NCBI GenBank assembly: GCA_951406725.2
Contig: OX597815.1
Location: forward strand, 74,648,001 to 74,712,000
Direction: 5' to 3'
Length of the DNA: 64,000 nt
Source of the DNA: Octopus vulgaris
Taxonomy: Eukaryota
Position 1 is the stretch's first letter. Every line of letters begins with the position of its first letter. This document shows, piece by piece, positions 42,511-55,930 of this stretch. The translations under genes and the position numbers were made by a program. The notes below the pieces were generated by a model, which did not search any database, was not told where the DNA came from, and saw only the letters and a list, made by a program, of their open reading frames with translations.

Positions 42511-43429
42511 GAGCTGAGCTGAGCCGTTACCGAGTAACACAATGAAGTTTGAACAAAATGTTACCACCAGACCAGATCATGTATTATGGGTACCACCGTG
42601 GCAATTAACTTTGCTAACGTGTTCACGACAAAATGTGAGGCACAGTTAATGGAGACATTCAAATTCCTGTACGGTCAGTCATGAACCAATACTCTGGCTA
42701 TAGTTCATTGATGACATCTTTTTAGTGGTGTGGGTGAAGGTATCGCAGGATAGTTTAGTTAACTTGCATTTCTGTGACTGCTTCTCATAAATCTATGGCT
42801 TTAAGTTCACTATAAAATTCTCATCGGTTTTTTTTAAGAACTAGCATCGAAAATTTAGACATAAAAGTTAAGGCCGAACCTACGTCATCCCACATTTTTC
42901 TTCTCTGCCGCTCCGATCATCTACATCATGCAATTAAGTTAAACCTGAAGTCCAGTTTTTGCCCTGACATAAGAGTTTATTGGAGACATGCAACTTTTTC
43001 TGTGCGTCATTATATAAAACGCGGTCCATAGTGAATCACGACTAAAGAAAATTGCAAACGACAACTAAAATTAGTAAAGGAAGTCAAACTTTCACGTCTA
43101 ATTTTAGCAGCCAAAGTAAACTTTATGACCGAATTTTAAAACTTACCATCTGAATTTACATAACATCATGTGAAATAAGTGGTTTTGTTTTGTTTGTTTA
43201 ATCACTCGACCAATTAAAATAAGTAATCTGGTGAGTTTTCTGGTGAGTTTTCTAGAATACAAGATAGGTTAAAAACTAATGTTCAGTAATTGTCGCTGAT
43301 TTTTACTGATAACAGAATATTTACGCAGCCAGAAAGATTTAGGTACTCAAAACACGTATTAAAACTTGGTATTTTTCAAAGCTCCAAATTTACAACAACG
43401 TAATTCATTTTTTTAAATATTTTGCTTGT

Positions 43430-43770
43430 TTCATTTATTGGAGTGCAGTAATACTGGGACACAGCCTTGTAGAGTTAATTTTTTAAAAGTTTGGTATCTG
43501 TTCTATCAGTCACTTTTGCCGAACCGCTAAACTATGAGGACGTAAACTAACCAACTCCGGTTGTCAAGCGGTGGAGTGTCAAACACAAAGACACACACAT
43601 ATAGGCATGTATACATTGCATACAGTTACCGTCTACTAAATTCACACTTGAGGCATTGGTTGATCCAGGTGTATAGTAGAAGACACTTGCCCAAGATGTC
43701 TCGCAGTGGAACTGAATTCGAAACCATAGGATTGCGTAGTGATCTTCTCAAAGACATAGCCATGCCTGCG
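43430..43770 (-). mobile_element. Diverged SINE family B
   Basis: TTTTGCCGAACCGCTAA and AGTAGAAGACACTTGCCCAAG blocks. Confidence 0.75.
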
Positions 43771-44929
43771 CATATAAAATATTTGTCTATTACAAATATG
43801 TAATTAAGACGATGTGGGTGATAATCACAGGCAAAAGTATGTCTATAAAACATGGGTAGGAAGACAATGCCTGAGAATTACAGTTCTGGGTAGGAAGGTT
43901 TTATCAAATTGGCTAATGGGATGATGTGAAGAACAGGCTTCCAATCGTATATGTCATATTTGCAATCATACACGCACACAAAGAGAATCAAAATCTCTTC
44001 CGCTCAATGTTTTCATAACTATAGCGGCCTATAATTGAACAGGGTGACAAGTTTGAGGGAGAAGTACAGTCAGTTTAGTTCAAGCACAATATCTGCTTCG
44101 AAAAGAAGGAAAAGAAATTCGACTCTAGCTGGATTTGAACTCGGTACGTATAGTAACATAACCGAACACAAGATCTTTTAGCTGTTGTTCTACCGTTCCA
44201 GCCACCTTCTACTGTGCTCTAATAATATTTAAGGCTGCAAACTGGGAGAATCGCAGCACGTCGGATAAAATGCTTAGCGGCTTTTCTTCTGAGTTCAAAT
44301 GCCACCGAGTTCGACTTTGCCTTTCATCCTTTCGGAGTCAATGAATGGGGCCGATGCAATCGACTTGTCACTCCTCTCAAAATTGCTGATGTTGTGGCAA
44401 AATTAGAAAGATTATTTATTAACAACTCAACAATACAATTTCAAGTGCAGTAGATTCAGATAAATTATCTGGCGGCAGAATACTATTAAGATGTCTTATC
44501 CGAAACTGTCATAATCAGGAAAGTATGCGGAAGGTAGCAGCTTTGCTTAAAAACAAAAAAGAACTGATAAAAACTTTTTGAACTTTGTTTACACGAGAAG
44601 AACAGTTGAGAATTGATCCTAAGTGTCCTAGTAGAAGCGCGATCATGTTAAGCAAATAGACAAACGATAGCGATATCCAATAGAAATCTCACTTCCTTAT
44701 TTCATTACTAGATGCGTTTACTCCGAAATTCAGGGATTATTGAACACTTGGTTTACAAACAATGAATTTTAATTTATCACCTCACCCATACATGGGAAAG
44801 AAACTAATACGTGGTGATAGAATACGTAAAAGGATCTAAATAAAAACCATAGATAAACTATGAGATAGTTTTGCCTTAGACTGTCGAGCATTAGATATTG
44901 CTCTTTCAATTCCCCTGACATTATTGGTA

Positions 44930-45190
44930 CTCTTTTACTTGTTTCAGTCATTTGACTGTGGCCATGCTGGAGCACCGCCTTTTAGTCGAGCAAATCAACC
45001 TCAGGACTTATTCTTTGTAAGCCTAGTACTTATTCTATTGTTCTCTTTCGTTGAAGCGCTAAGTTACGGGGACATAAACACACCAGCATCGGTTGTCAAG
45101 CGATGTTGGGAGGACAAACACATTCACACAAACATACACTCACACATACATACATATATACATACATACATGCATGCATGCATACATACA

Positions 45191-45226
<36 letters not shown>

Positions 45227-45245
45227 TATATATACATATAAATAC

Positions 45246-45286
<41 letters not shown>

Positions 45287-45462
45287 CATACATATATACG
45301 ACGGGCTAATTTCAGTTTCCGTCTACCAAATCCACTCACAAGGTTTTGGTCGGCCCGAGGCTATAGTAGAAGACACTTGCCGAAGATGCCACGCAGTGGG
45401 ACTGAACCCGGAACCATGTGGTTGGTAAGCAAGCTACTTACCACACAGTCATTCCTACGCTT
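44930..45462 (-). mobile_element. SINE family B
   Basis: Matches 35105-35540. Confidence 0.9.
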
Positions 45463-45836
45463 GTAAATTTTCTAGAATGTAATTTACTGTTCAGAAATAT
45501 CTAAACGTCACACAGTCTACTTTCCAATATTTATATAAACACGATTTATTATGCTGGGAAATGAATATTTAAAATGTTAGGCATTTGTCTGTTATAAATG
45601 TATTGTGATACAGTGATTATTGTACCAAATGAAAGAGGAATCGTAATTTCAACTCCCACCATCCCTTTGCTTTACTCTATTTCAGTTATCAATTATATTC
45701 AGTCTTAAAATCTTAAACAGGCATTTTAATCTGGCGTTCTACCACCTCCCACAACTCAATACAAGTCTAATATTGACTGTAACTGATTTACAAACAGTTC
45801 TCGGGTAATGTGAAGAAAAAGACTTGCAATACATAC

Positions 45837-45911
45837 CTGTTATTGGAGAAACGGTGAAACTTTCTGTCGTCCTCAGGTGGTGGGTCGCTGTTCCGGTTTC
45901 AGGATTGTCAC
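45837..45911 (-). CDS. Membrane protein exon (Thr-rich stalk, CDNPETGTATHHLRTTESFTVSPIT)
   Basis: TTTCTTTTCTAAATTTAG acceptor, CAG|GTATGT donor, 75 nt, phase 1-1, open. Confidence 0.78.
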
Positions 45912-46467
45912 CTAAATTTAGAAAAGAAACTTAGAGGGGTTGCCTACTCTAAGTTATGCGCAACTAATTTGGCTCCACGGATGCTGCAGTATTCGGTAGT
46001 GGTCACACTCTAATTCATAGTTTCAACTAACAAGCTGAACTACAATGCCTGAGGGTGAAAATGTATATTCTTAAGTACATAAAACCTGGAATGGCAGAGA
46101 GCGCAGGAGAACCAGCCATGTCAATGGGACTAAAGGCGTGACTGGTGTGTGACATGCGATTAGATAGGGCGAGTCAAGATGTTGGCCAGTCATCATGAAA
46201 AGAATTTGGGGCACCATCACTTATTATCCCAAAGAAATGTCAATGATGATCCAAATAGAAGCAACAAGTAATATAACTGGACAATCTTTGCAAGCCAACC
46301 CCTGGATAAAGGGAAGGCACCTGGCAGATGACTTTGTCTAATGCCACACGTCAGTTGAAGACACCTTACCCTTAAACTATAGGGCTCACTTAATCCATTC
46401 ATTTTGATAAACAATCAAGTATCAGTGTTTTATCGTACTTCCTCATATTACTCAGCTATTAACCATA

Positions 46468-46715
46468 CGTATCATGAAAATTGCTCGAAAACAATTGTTC
46501 GAAAACAATTATTCGAAAACAATTATTCGAAAAACAGTTATTCGAAATAAATATAACTCGTGTACTTGATTTTTAATAAAATTAAAAAAATTAGAATAAT
46601 TAACATTTCGTATAATTGTCCTTTTGAATAATTTTCAATCATACGATTTTCCATTCGAATAAATGTTTTTCGAATAATTGTTTTCAAGCAATTATTTTCG
46701 AACATTATTCGCATA
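46468..46715. repeat. Small fold-back element with tandem about 15-bp TTCGAAAACAATTA subterminal repeats
   Basis: Repeats at 46480-46550 are mirrored in reverse at 46655-46712. Confidence 0.65.
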
Positions 46716-47097
46716 ATCTATATGATAAATACAGAATTGGAACAATGTGAGTTGACAACGTACTAGATTACTCTCTAGAAAATTTACACTTTGAATTACA
46801 TCACCTGCGTTGTAATAACTACGACTCGAAAATATTCCTAGTTTTCAGTATCCTAGGTCACTCAATTATGAATACGTTCCCTGTACTATATACTTTTTAA
46901 AATGGGAAGATAATAATAATGTAGGTTTTTAGGACTCGATAAAAGTTTGAAGATGAAAGGGTTTGACTAAATGAAAATCAAGTCGCAAACCGGTGTCATT
47001 AAAGTCTATTCAATGCTTTTGGTATACTATATACATTTCATTTGTTCTGGAATACCTATAAAGTGTAGATATGAGTATATCGGTAGGCTGTACTTAC

Positions 47098-47211
47098 ATA
47101 AAAAGAACGATAAATTGTGTTCTGTATTCTCAGATTTATTTAAACAGATGCTGATCATTTTCTGCGATTCAGACTGGTAGAGCTGGCCGTTTACAGTGCA
47201 TGTGGCCGGAG
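47098..47211 (-). CDS. Membrane protein exon (PATCTVNGQLYQSESQKMISICLNKSENTEHNLSFFL)
   Basis: ATATTTTTTCAG acceptor, T|GTAAGT donor, 114 nt, phase 1-1, open. Confidence 0.8.
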
Positions 47212-47486
47212 CTGAAAAAATATTTCAATTCAGAAACAAACTATACTGCTTACACACATTAGTATAAAAAATCAAAATGTATATGAGCAGCTCCATCAAT
47301 GGACTCTCGTAAAAAAACAGTAGTTAATTACGTTTACATACGTATAAATTTTAAAGTGATGGGTTTTTCCCTTCCTTCGGGGGAGAAAAAAAAAAAAGAA
47401 AATGAAAAATGAAATTCAAAATACTGTTACTGATTATAGTTAGTTATGTGTGTATATGTGTACACACATACGCATGCACACACACA

Positions 47487-47564
<78 letters not shown>

Positions 47565-47704
47565 AATATATTCTCTTACGCCTATAATCACAGCCCGCCC
47601 ACGAACTGGCAAAACACATGCATTGTGTGTTTTCGATATTGTTTATATCCCTCGGGCTGTTTAGCATCTATATTTGTGCGTATATATATATATATATTTT
47701 ACTA

Positions 47705-47904
47705 TTTTACTCTTTTATTTGTTTCAGTCATTTGACTGCGGCCATGCTGGAGCACCGCCTTTAATCGAGCAACTCGACCCCGGGTCTTATTCTTTTGTAA
47801 GCCCAGTACTTATTCTATCGGTCTCTTTGCCGAACCGCTAAGTAACGGGGACATAAGCACACCAGCATCGGTTGTCAAGTGATGTTGGGAGGGGACAAAC
47901 ACAG

Positions 47905-47969
<65 letters not shown>

Positions 47970-48187
47970 TATATGTATATATATATATATACACATATAC
48001 ATATTTATATATATACATATATACGACGGGCTTCTTTCAGTTTCCGTCCACCAAATCCACTTACAAGGCTTTGGTCGGCCCGAGGCTATAGTAGAAGACA
48101 CTTGCCCAAGGTGCCACGCAGTGGGACTGATCCCGGAACCATGTGGTTGGTAAACAAGCTACTTACCACACAGCCACTCCTGCGCCA
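47705..48187 (-). mobile_element. SINE family B
   Basis: Matches 35105-35540. Confidence 0.9.
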
Positions 48188-48232
48188 ATATATATATACA
48201 TATGTGTGTGTGAGTGCGTGTGTGTGTGTGAG

Positions 48233-48264
<32 letters not shown>

Positions 48265-48324
48265 TGTATGTATGTATGTATGTATGTATGTATGTATGTA
48301 TGTGTGTGTGTGTGTCTGTGTGTG

Positions 48325-48615
48325 AAGGCGCGTGGCTTAGTGGTTAGGGTATTCGGATCACAATAGTAAGATCATAAATTCGATTCCTGGCAGTGCGTTG
48401 TGCCTTTAAGCAAGACACTTTATTTCATGATGCTCCTGTCCACACAACTGGCAAAGATGAGTTGCACACGTAATTCAAGGGGCCAACCATGTCACATTCT
48501 GTGTCACGCTGAATCTACTTGAGAACTACATTAAACGTACGCGTGTCTGTGGAGTGCTCAACCACTTGCACGATAATTTCATGAGCGACCTCTTCCGTTG
48601 ACCGAAACGACTGGA
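48325..48615 (+). mobile_element. tRNA-derived SINE family C
   Basis: GGCGCGTGGCTTAGTGGTTAG (A box), TTCGATTCC (B box) and AGCAAGACACTTTATTTC core. Confidence 0.75.
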
Positions 48616-48619
48616 ACAT

Positions 48620-49085
48620 ATATAAAATTTAAAGAAAACAGAAAATGGAGAAATATCGATGAATAACAATTGACTTACATCAAATATTATTTATTAATTC
48701 AATACAAATAGACTGCATCCCATCTAACAGCTGTTTCTGATTCCAATGTTGTATAGTATTGCTATTGATATGCTAAAATTATTTATCATATTTGGTAATA
48801 AATCCGATCTGAAACATGGAGCTTCAGCAGAGATAAGAATAAACATAAAAAGAAGAGCCTAGAGAAGAAAAAGGGTAAGTTGAATATGGTTGTAATCATA
48901 CCATTTTGCTTGTGTGTCTCTTTGGGATGTTAAGTAAATGACTAAACTTAAACTAGTATTTGGTGGATTAATTCTTTATACAGGGATGGATAGGATGGAT
49001 AAATAATAAAAAATAATAGTGGGATACGCCAATAGGTTTTAGTCGGAGAAAGGGTGAAAATACAATAAGATTTTGATTAACCAAT
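48620..49085 (-). mobile_element. PLE terminal repeat with hammerhead (48722-48834); inverted partner at 50880-50967 + 53274-53660
   Basis: ATCT-CTGCTGA-AGCTCC..GGAATC-AGAAA-CAGCTG-TT-AGAT on the minus strand; long reverse-complement match to the split copy. Confidence 0.75.
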
Positions 49086-49344
49086 TAGCTATGGAATTAG
49101 CTGAGTGGTGGGCTAGTCAGCTCACTGATTAGGTACACTGGATGGTAGACCAGCAGTCTCCAATTTAGGCCACTTACACTAGTTATTACCTCCCCTTAAC
49201 CGTAAATACTTCCCTAATTTCCCTACGGAATAAATTATTTTCATTGTTTGTACTAATTTCACATTCCTATTTAAAAGACATTTGGAGCATTTCACCTCCA
49301 ACCATCTTATTTCCTAAATGTCCGAATAGGTTTCTCTCTTACTC

Positions 49345-49606
49345 TTTACTTTCCTACTTTTTTACTTGTTTCAGTCATTTGACTGTAGCCATGCTGGAGC
49401 ACCGCCTTCAGTCGAGCAAATCGACCCCAGGACTTATTCTTTGGAAGCCTAGTATTTATTCTATCGGTATCTTTTGCCGAACCGCTAGGTTACGAGGACG
49501 TAAACTTACTATCATCGGATGTCAGGGATGTTGGGGGACAATCACAGACACAGAAACATATATACACACATACATACATACATACATACATACATACATA
49601 CATACA

Positions 49607-49642
<36 letters not shown>

Positions 49643-49779
49643 TATATTAATTGTTATCGCCATATTAATATGGCATTCTTATAGATATAAGTAATTTTAA
49701 TATTTCTATTATATATATATATATATCGGTGCCCCAGCATGGCCACAACTCATTAGCTGAAACTGGAAAAATCAAAAAA

Positions 49780-49818
<39 letters not shown>

Positions 49819-49860
49819 GTGGTTGGTAAGCAAACTACTTACCACACAGCCACTCCTTAA
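49345..49860 (-). mobile_element. SINE family B, interrupted
   Basis: Tail at 49345-49560, head remnant at 49818-49857. Confidence 0.75.
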
Positions 49861-50149
49861 TATTTATTCCATAATATCTAATTTTTAAAATCTAGTATAT
49901 ACTGTCCTAAGCGTTTTAGGGCCCCTTACAACAGATGCGTTTACTCCGAAATTCAGGTATTATTGAACACTTGGTTTACAAACAATTAATTTTAATTTAT
50001 CACCTCACCCATACATGGAAAAGAAACTAATACGTGGTGATAGAATACGTAAAAAGATCTAAATATAAACCATAGATAAACTATGAGATAGTTTTGCCTT
50101 AGACTGTCGAGCATTAGATATTGCTCTTTCAATTCCCCTGACATTATTG

Positions 50150-50560
50150 GTACTCTTTTACTTGTTTCAGTCATTTGACTGTGGCCATGCTAGAGACCAC
50201 CTTTTAGTCGAACAAATCGACCCCATGATTTATTCTTTGTAAGCCTAATACTTATTCTATTGTTCTCTTTCGCTGAACCACTAAGTTACGGGGACGTAAA
50301 CACACCAGCATCGGTTGTCAAGCGATGTTGGGGGTACAAACACAGACACACAAACATACACACACACAGACACACACATATACACACACACACGCACTCA
50401 CACACACACACACACACATACACACACACAGATATATATACGATGGGCTTCTTTCAGTTTCCGTCTACCAAATCCACTCACAAGGCTTTGGTCAGCCTGA
50501 GGCTATAGTAGAAGACACTTGCCCAAGATGCCACGCAGTGGGAGTGAACCCGGAACCATA
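50150..50560 (-). mobile_element. SINE family B (part of a local duplication)
   Basis: Matches 44930-45420 together with the upstream unique flank. Confidence 0.85.
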
Positions 50561-50967
50561 TTATTCCTTAATATCTATTTTTTAATCTAGTATATACTGT
50601 CCTAAGCGTTTTAGGGCCCCTTACAACATACACCATTTTCCATTCGTTTATTTATTTATCTTACCCCGTATAACAGTTTAATAGTTGGTCTTTTGTTTTT
50701 AAATTTCAACTGACCAATTATATCAAACGTTGGTCCATAGCCTATCTCACTTCGGACAACAGGTGGAAGGGCTTAACCAACCACCTACTAGTAAATAAAA
50801 AGAAATTACATTTAATCGATTAGCACTTTATTATGGTAAATACTCTTAATTAGTACAATAAACATAGTTATTAAAAATGTTTATGATTAATTTAAAACCT
50901 TATTGTAACTTCACCCCTTCTCCGACTAAAACCTATTGGCGTATCCCTCTATTATTATTTTTTATTA

Positions 50968-53273
50968 CACTAGGCAACAAGCGTTTTGCTACTATTAGAT
51001 GAAATAGTGCTCATAGGTAATTTGGGAGCGCTGATTCTGAATCTGCAATCATTTTTGCTCTAGCACGTCACGTTTTTACGCTATCATTATTATACTGCTA
51101 CTAAAATTACAATAATGTGAAAATTCATGACAAATAAGATGAATGTTATGTTAAGCGTAAATTACCATTATTTGGTATAGAAACAATAGCAACTAGGTGG
51201 ACAAGTAGTTCTAAAACCAATAAAACACAAAACGAAAGTGTAAAGTGAATATTAAAAATTTGTTTTTCAAAAATAGCTTTGGCGTCTTTTACGCTTATGT
51301 TGCATGTCCATTTCTTGTTTTAAAAACTAGCAGTAGTCCGTCAGCATGTTTGGTGTAAGTCTGCCACTGGAGTGGCTTTCTAGCTCTTTGATTTCTTAAT
51401 GAAATCATTCACCATGCTCATCGCTTATTTCACCCATATTAGGTGGGAAAAAGTCAAGATGAGGGTGGAGAAAATGAATTTTTAGAGACACTCTTGCCCC
51501 AAATTGCTTATAAGCTTTCAAAAAATTATTCACAATTGCACTGTAGTTACATGATTTTTCATTTTCCAAAAACCTTTTTACAAGAGATACAAACTTTTCC
51601 CAAGCAGTTTCTCTACTGATCTTAATTTTTCTTGAAAAAGCTCATCACAAATTTGCGTACGAATTTCTGGCCCATTAAAAACACCAGCTTTGATCTTAGC
51701 TTCACTCTTGCTAGAAAGCAATTTTTTCACTGAGATATTTGAATCCTTCACCGTCTTCATTCATGGCCTTAGCAAAATTCTTAAGCAAGTCAAGTTTAAT
51801 GTGTAAGGGAGGAAGGTAAATTTTCTGAGGATCAAATAAAGGGATATATTTAACGTAATATCTCCCTGGAGTGAAATCACTTCTCTTTGGCCACTCTTTT
51901 TGATCATAGTGATGCTTCTCATCTCTGCTGTTCCAAAGGGCCAAAAAGCACTGATGCCTTGTATACACCATTTGCAACCCAAGAAACTTTGTGTACACCA
52001 TTTGCAACCCAAAGAAGAAAAGTTCTGACTTTTCTTTTGTTAAACCCAAGTCTCTAACTAAGTCATTTAACTCAAGTTGACTTAATAAATGAGGAACTTT
52101 TTTTGAAGATCCCGTTTCATCACAGTGATCTGCTGTATCACTCAGCACACCTTGAATTGAAGTAGATGTGGTACTTTCTTCACTTAAACTATCTTTGTCA
52201 AAAGATGAAGGAGGTTCTTGAATTGGAATATTTTCAGCAATATGAACAACTGGTTTTAAAGCTAAAGGGCAATCTGGATAAACAATCTTGGTTTTGTTCT
52301 TCTTAGAGAAACCTGTGATGTTAGCCAAGCAGAAATAACAATCGGTATAGTGGTTTGTTGGTTCGCGCCATATCATTAGTACTGTAAATTGCATACTTTT
52401 CGTTTACCATTCAGTCATTGGGTTAGTTTTATGTAGCAGTTTTTGCAACAAACATGAGGTACCAACAGTTTATCTTGGTCCCCGACTTTGCACCCAAAAT
52501 AAAGCTTGTAAGCATTTAAAAATTTCTTTGTAAGCTTATATCTCTGATCTTTTGGTGTAAATTTTCCACACACGTAACAAAAGCTGTCCGGGTGATTAAC
52601 ACAAACTTTTCTGCTCATCATAAATACATACAGTAATAACCTAAATCAACACTCAAAGAAGTCTATCAGTAAACTAAATTACAAAATTAATCAACTATAA
52701 ATGTTACTGTAAAACATCAAAATATATTTCTCAAATAAAAAAAAAATCATTGAAATTATTATAGAATGTACTGAAGCTATGGCTGTCACGAAACAATTTT
52801 TTCCATCTCTAAATTTCAAACATTGATCACTTTGGTAAATAACTAAACTTACCACTAAACTATTTTTCTCTTATTTGATGTACTTTGTTTTAACAGTACT
52901 AGCAGTTATCAAGAAAAGGGAGTCTGAGTGGCTTACGATAATCTAATATCAATAGCCTACTGTGAGGAGAACTTTAATTACAGCTATAAGAAAGTAAGAT
53001 AAATTCTCATCTTTTGTGGCAATTTAACAGGTACCCTACATTTCCCTCTATCAGCACATATTTTTGTTTCAGTGATGACTGAAAATCGAAAGCAAATAGC
53101 TTTACTACTTTGTTAATATTATCAATTGGTTGGAAAATCTAATGCTGTGAATAACTAAAACACTACACCTGCTGTCTGAAAATGTCAGATTCGGTTTCAG
53201 CGCCCTAAAATTACACTAAATCAGCTGAAAAAGATTAAATAGTATGACAAAAAATGCGTTTTGTTGCCCAGTG
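50968..53273 (-). mobile_element. DNA transposon with degenerate Cys-rich DDE transposase (family I recall as TcMar-m44/HvSm-like; label uncertain)
   Basis: TIRs CACTAGGCAACAA / TTGTTGCCCAGTG, TTA on both sides. Motifs CVNHPDSFCYVCG, GDQDK, WREPTNHYTDCYFC, PPLHIKL and EAKIKAGVFNGPEIR. Confidence 0.88.
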
Positions 53274-53447
53274 TTATCAATCCATCCTATCCACACCCCA
53301 TACAAAGGATTAATCCACCAAATACTATTTAAGTTTAGTCATTTACATAACATCCCAAAGAGACACACAAGCAAAATGGTATGATTACAACCATATTCAA
53401 CTTACCCTTTTTCTTCTCTAGGCTCTTCTTTTTTTTTATTTATTCTT

Positions 53448-53560
53448 CACTCTGATGAAGTTCCACGTTTCAGATCAGCTTTATTACCAAATATGATAAA
53501 TAATTTTAGCATATCAATAGCAATACCATTCGACATTGGAATCCGAAACAGCTGTTAGAT
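53448..53560 (+). ncRNA. Type I hammerhead ribozyme with long stem II
   Basis: CTGATGA at 53452; GTTCC/GGAAT stem around about 73 nt; GAAA; palindromic ACAGCTGT; stem I weakened by mutation (intact in the 48722-48834 copy). Confidence 0.6.
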
Positions 53561-53849
53561 GGGATGCAGTCTATTTGTATTGAATTAATAAATAATATTT
53601 GATGTAAGTCAATTGTTGTTCATCAATATTTCTCCATTTTCTGTTTTCTTTAAATTTTGATTCTTGATAAACTCATGTTTATCCTTGTCTTTACCTATAA
53701 ATTATGAGTTTAATATGCTTACATATGTATGCTCATGATTAAACATAAATAATATACCGGTAGTGTAATGGATACTTCTATCCCTTTGATTGTTATTTTA
53801 ACATCTAACTCAGCTAACCTTATATATACATACATAATACATACATACA

Positions 53850-53965
53850 TACTACTACTACTACTACTACACTACTACTACAACAACAACAACAACACCT
53901 ACTACTACTACTACTACTACTACTAGTAGTAGTAGTAGTAGCAGCAGCAGCAGCAGTAGTACTAC
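53850..53965. repeat. (CTA)/(CAA)/(TAG)/(CAG) compound trinucleotide repeat
   Basis: Directly visible. Confidence 0.9.
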
Positions 53966-54103
53966 ACATACATATATACACAATTATTTATTAGTGTTAT
54001 GTATGTTTCCTTTATGTGTGTGCAAAGTTGTTACATGCACAGAGAAGCGGTGTCACACGACGGCAACATGACAGCGACAAGCGAAATTTAATGCTTCGCT
54101 CAC

Positions 54104-54169
54104 TCATATTGGATAGTAATTCTTCCAGCCTGTCAGTGGTATTGTGTTCAATAATCATATTAGTCCTAC
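54104..54169 (-). CDS. Candidate symmetric exon of the membrane protein (GRTNMIIEHNTTDRLEELLSNM)
   Basis: TTTCTTTGTATCAG acceptor, ATGA|GTGAGC donor, 66 nt, phase 1-1, open. The model also works without it. Confidence 0.55.
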
Positions 54170-54558
54170 CTGATACAAAGAAACAGCTACAAAACTAACA
54201 TCTTTTCATCTTGAAGATGAGACTTTAAAGGTCAAGAAATATTGATGATGTATTTAAGAACTTTACTGTTTAAAACATACCGCATGAAGTTTATTCCAGA
54301 TTATTAAAAAATATTGATAAAAATGCTCATATTTAATAACTTATCTAGAGTTGTTATTCTCAATACACACAGATGTGTATGTTTGTTATTTGTGTTCATT
54401 TGTTCGTACAGGTGCGCGAGTGGGTGAATAGGTGGGCATGTGCATGTGTATATAAAACACACGCACATATGCATGTTTAGACAACACACATATATATGTT
54501 TTTGGACGTGTTCTTCCAGGCATCTATTTAAAAATTTATTGTGAATATATATTCTTAC

Positions 54559-54724
54559 CGAAGCCAAAGAACAATATTTCTTGCAAGCTAATACCCCAGG
54601 TATCATAACTTTTCGTAGAAATTTCGACAGTCGTAGTGAGTACGTTAGGTAACATTAGCAAATTATTGTATACATTAGCTTTTTCGTAATTGGTCTCATC
54701 ACTTTTCATCAATTCAAACACAGT
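54559..54724 (-). CDS. Membrane protein coding exon 2 (TVFELMKS...QEILFFGF)
   Basis: AATTTTTTTCAG acceptor (phase 0), G|GTAAGA donor (phase 1), 166 nt, open. Confidence 0.8.
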
Positions 54725-55159
54725 CTGAAAAAAATTGACTTAATATGAAATACATTCATAACTTTAAATTCAGAATTATGATCTACTTAAAAACTGTATG
54801 CACTTATTTAAAACTTGAATACCATAAACATTTTAGACATCCGCTCATCATTAAAAACTGTTTTCCTGTTGTATTTATACAGGATCCGTACTGAAGAATT
54901 GCTCTGTTCTATGCGATGATCTGGCACTTTCTAAGGTGAGTAAGAGTGCTAAATCCCTTTCCATTCCATGCATTTAAATGGATGCTTAAATGTCCTACTA
55001 TGTATTTTCTTCAATATCATTAACATACGCGGCGCAAGACGTATTTAAGGGCATATTTGGTAATTTAATAAAACAACTCTAATGTAGCTAACACAAAATA
55101 TATTTTAATAAAGATTTGCGCACAACATCTCGATAAACTTTCTTTTGAGAATATTCTAT

Positions 55160-55930
55160 AAATCTGCCTTCAACTTCGATGATTGCTTCAATGCAAGACT
55201 CGAACTGTTGATATACCCGCATATCAGACATTATCTGGACAATGACGGCTTTCAGTGAAACTATGGTATTGTGAGGATATCGATTTGTCTCTGTTTCGAC
55301 AGTTCTCCAAAATCAATAGTCCATGGGATTTAAATCTGGCGAGTTTAGAGGCCACAAGTTTGGTGTTACATTATCTTAAAGATTTCTAACATCCACTCTT
55401 GAATTACGTGGGCTTTGTGAGAAGAAGCTGAGGTTTGTTGAAAAACACATGGCCTTCAATTGCATAATTTATTCATCCAGGGCTTAAAATTGTCTTCGAC
55501 ATCTCAACGAACGTATCCAAGAATTCGAAGACCTTGTGGAAAGATATTAGGTGGCACCACTCCTAAAATCATCACAGTTGCTAGAAACTTATTATGCATC
55601 ACTCTGGGACATCAGAAAGTCCTGAACATATATCATCTGTCATTTCTCCTGTTAGACTTTTGGTCTTATTTGACGTTTGCCATATTCGTGAGGACTTTTG
55701 ACTCTTTTAGGTAACAGTTTGGCATGAATAGAATGGATTTTATGTGTCTTTTTAGACAGGAATATGCATCTCTTCAGTGTCTATGACGTATATCGAATGC
55801 CCTCGTGCACCACAGTCCTGTCCACTCTGACACCTGAGGTTCTTTGGTGATAGCACTCACTAATTTTCAGAAATCGTCACTGATAGTGTTTTGAACCCGT
55901 TGAATAAATTGCAGTGTCCTTATATTGTTC
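55160..55930 (-). mobile_element. Decayed Tc1/mariner-superfamily transposase
   Basis: KFLATVMILGVV, VFQQTSASSHKAHVIQEW and LWPLNSPDLNPMDY. Confidence 0.8.

Noticed and set aside
43140-43165. Strong minus-strand donor (ATG|GTAAGT) within the membrane-gene intron
   Set aside because: I found no convincing open exon upstream; only a 3-nt micro-exon would fit, which cannot be supported.
46480-46550. CRISPR-like regularly spaced repeats
   Set aside because: They are adjacent tandem units with no unique spacers, in a eukaryotic context with no cas genes.
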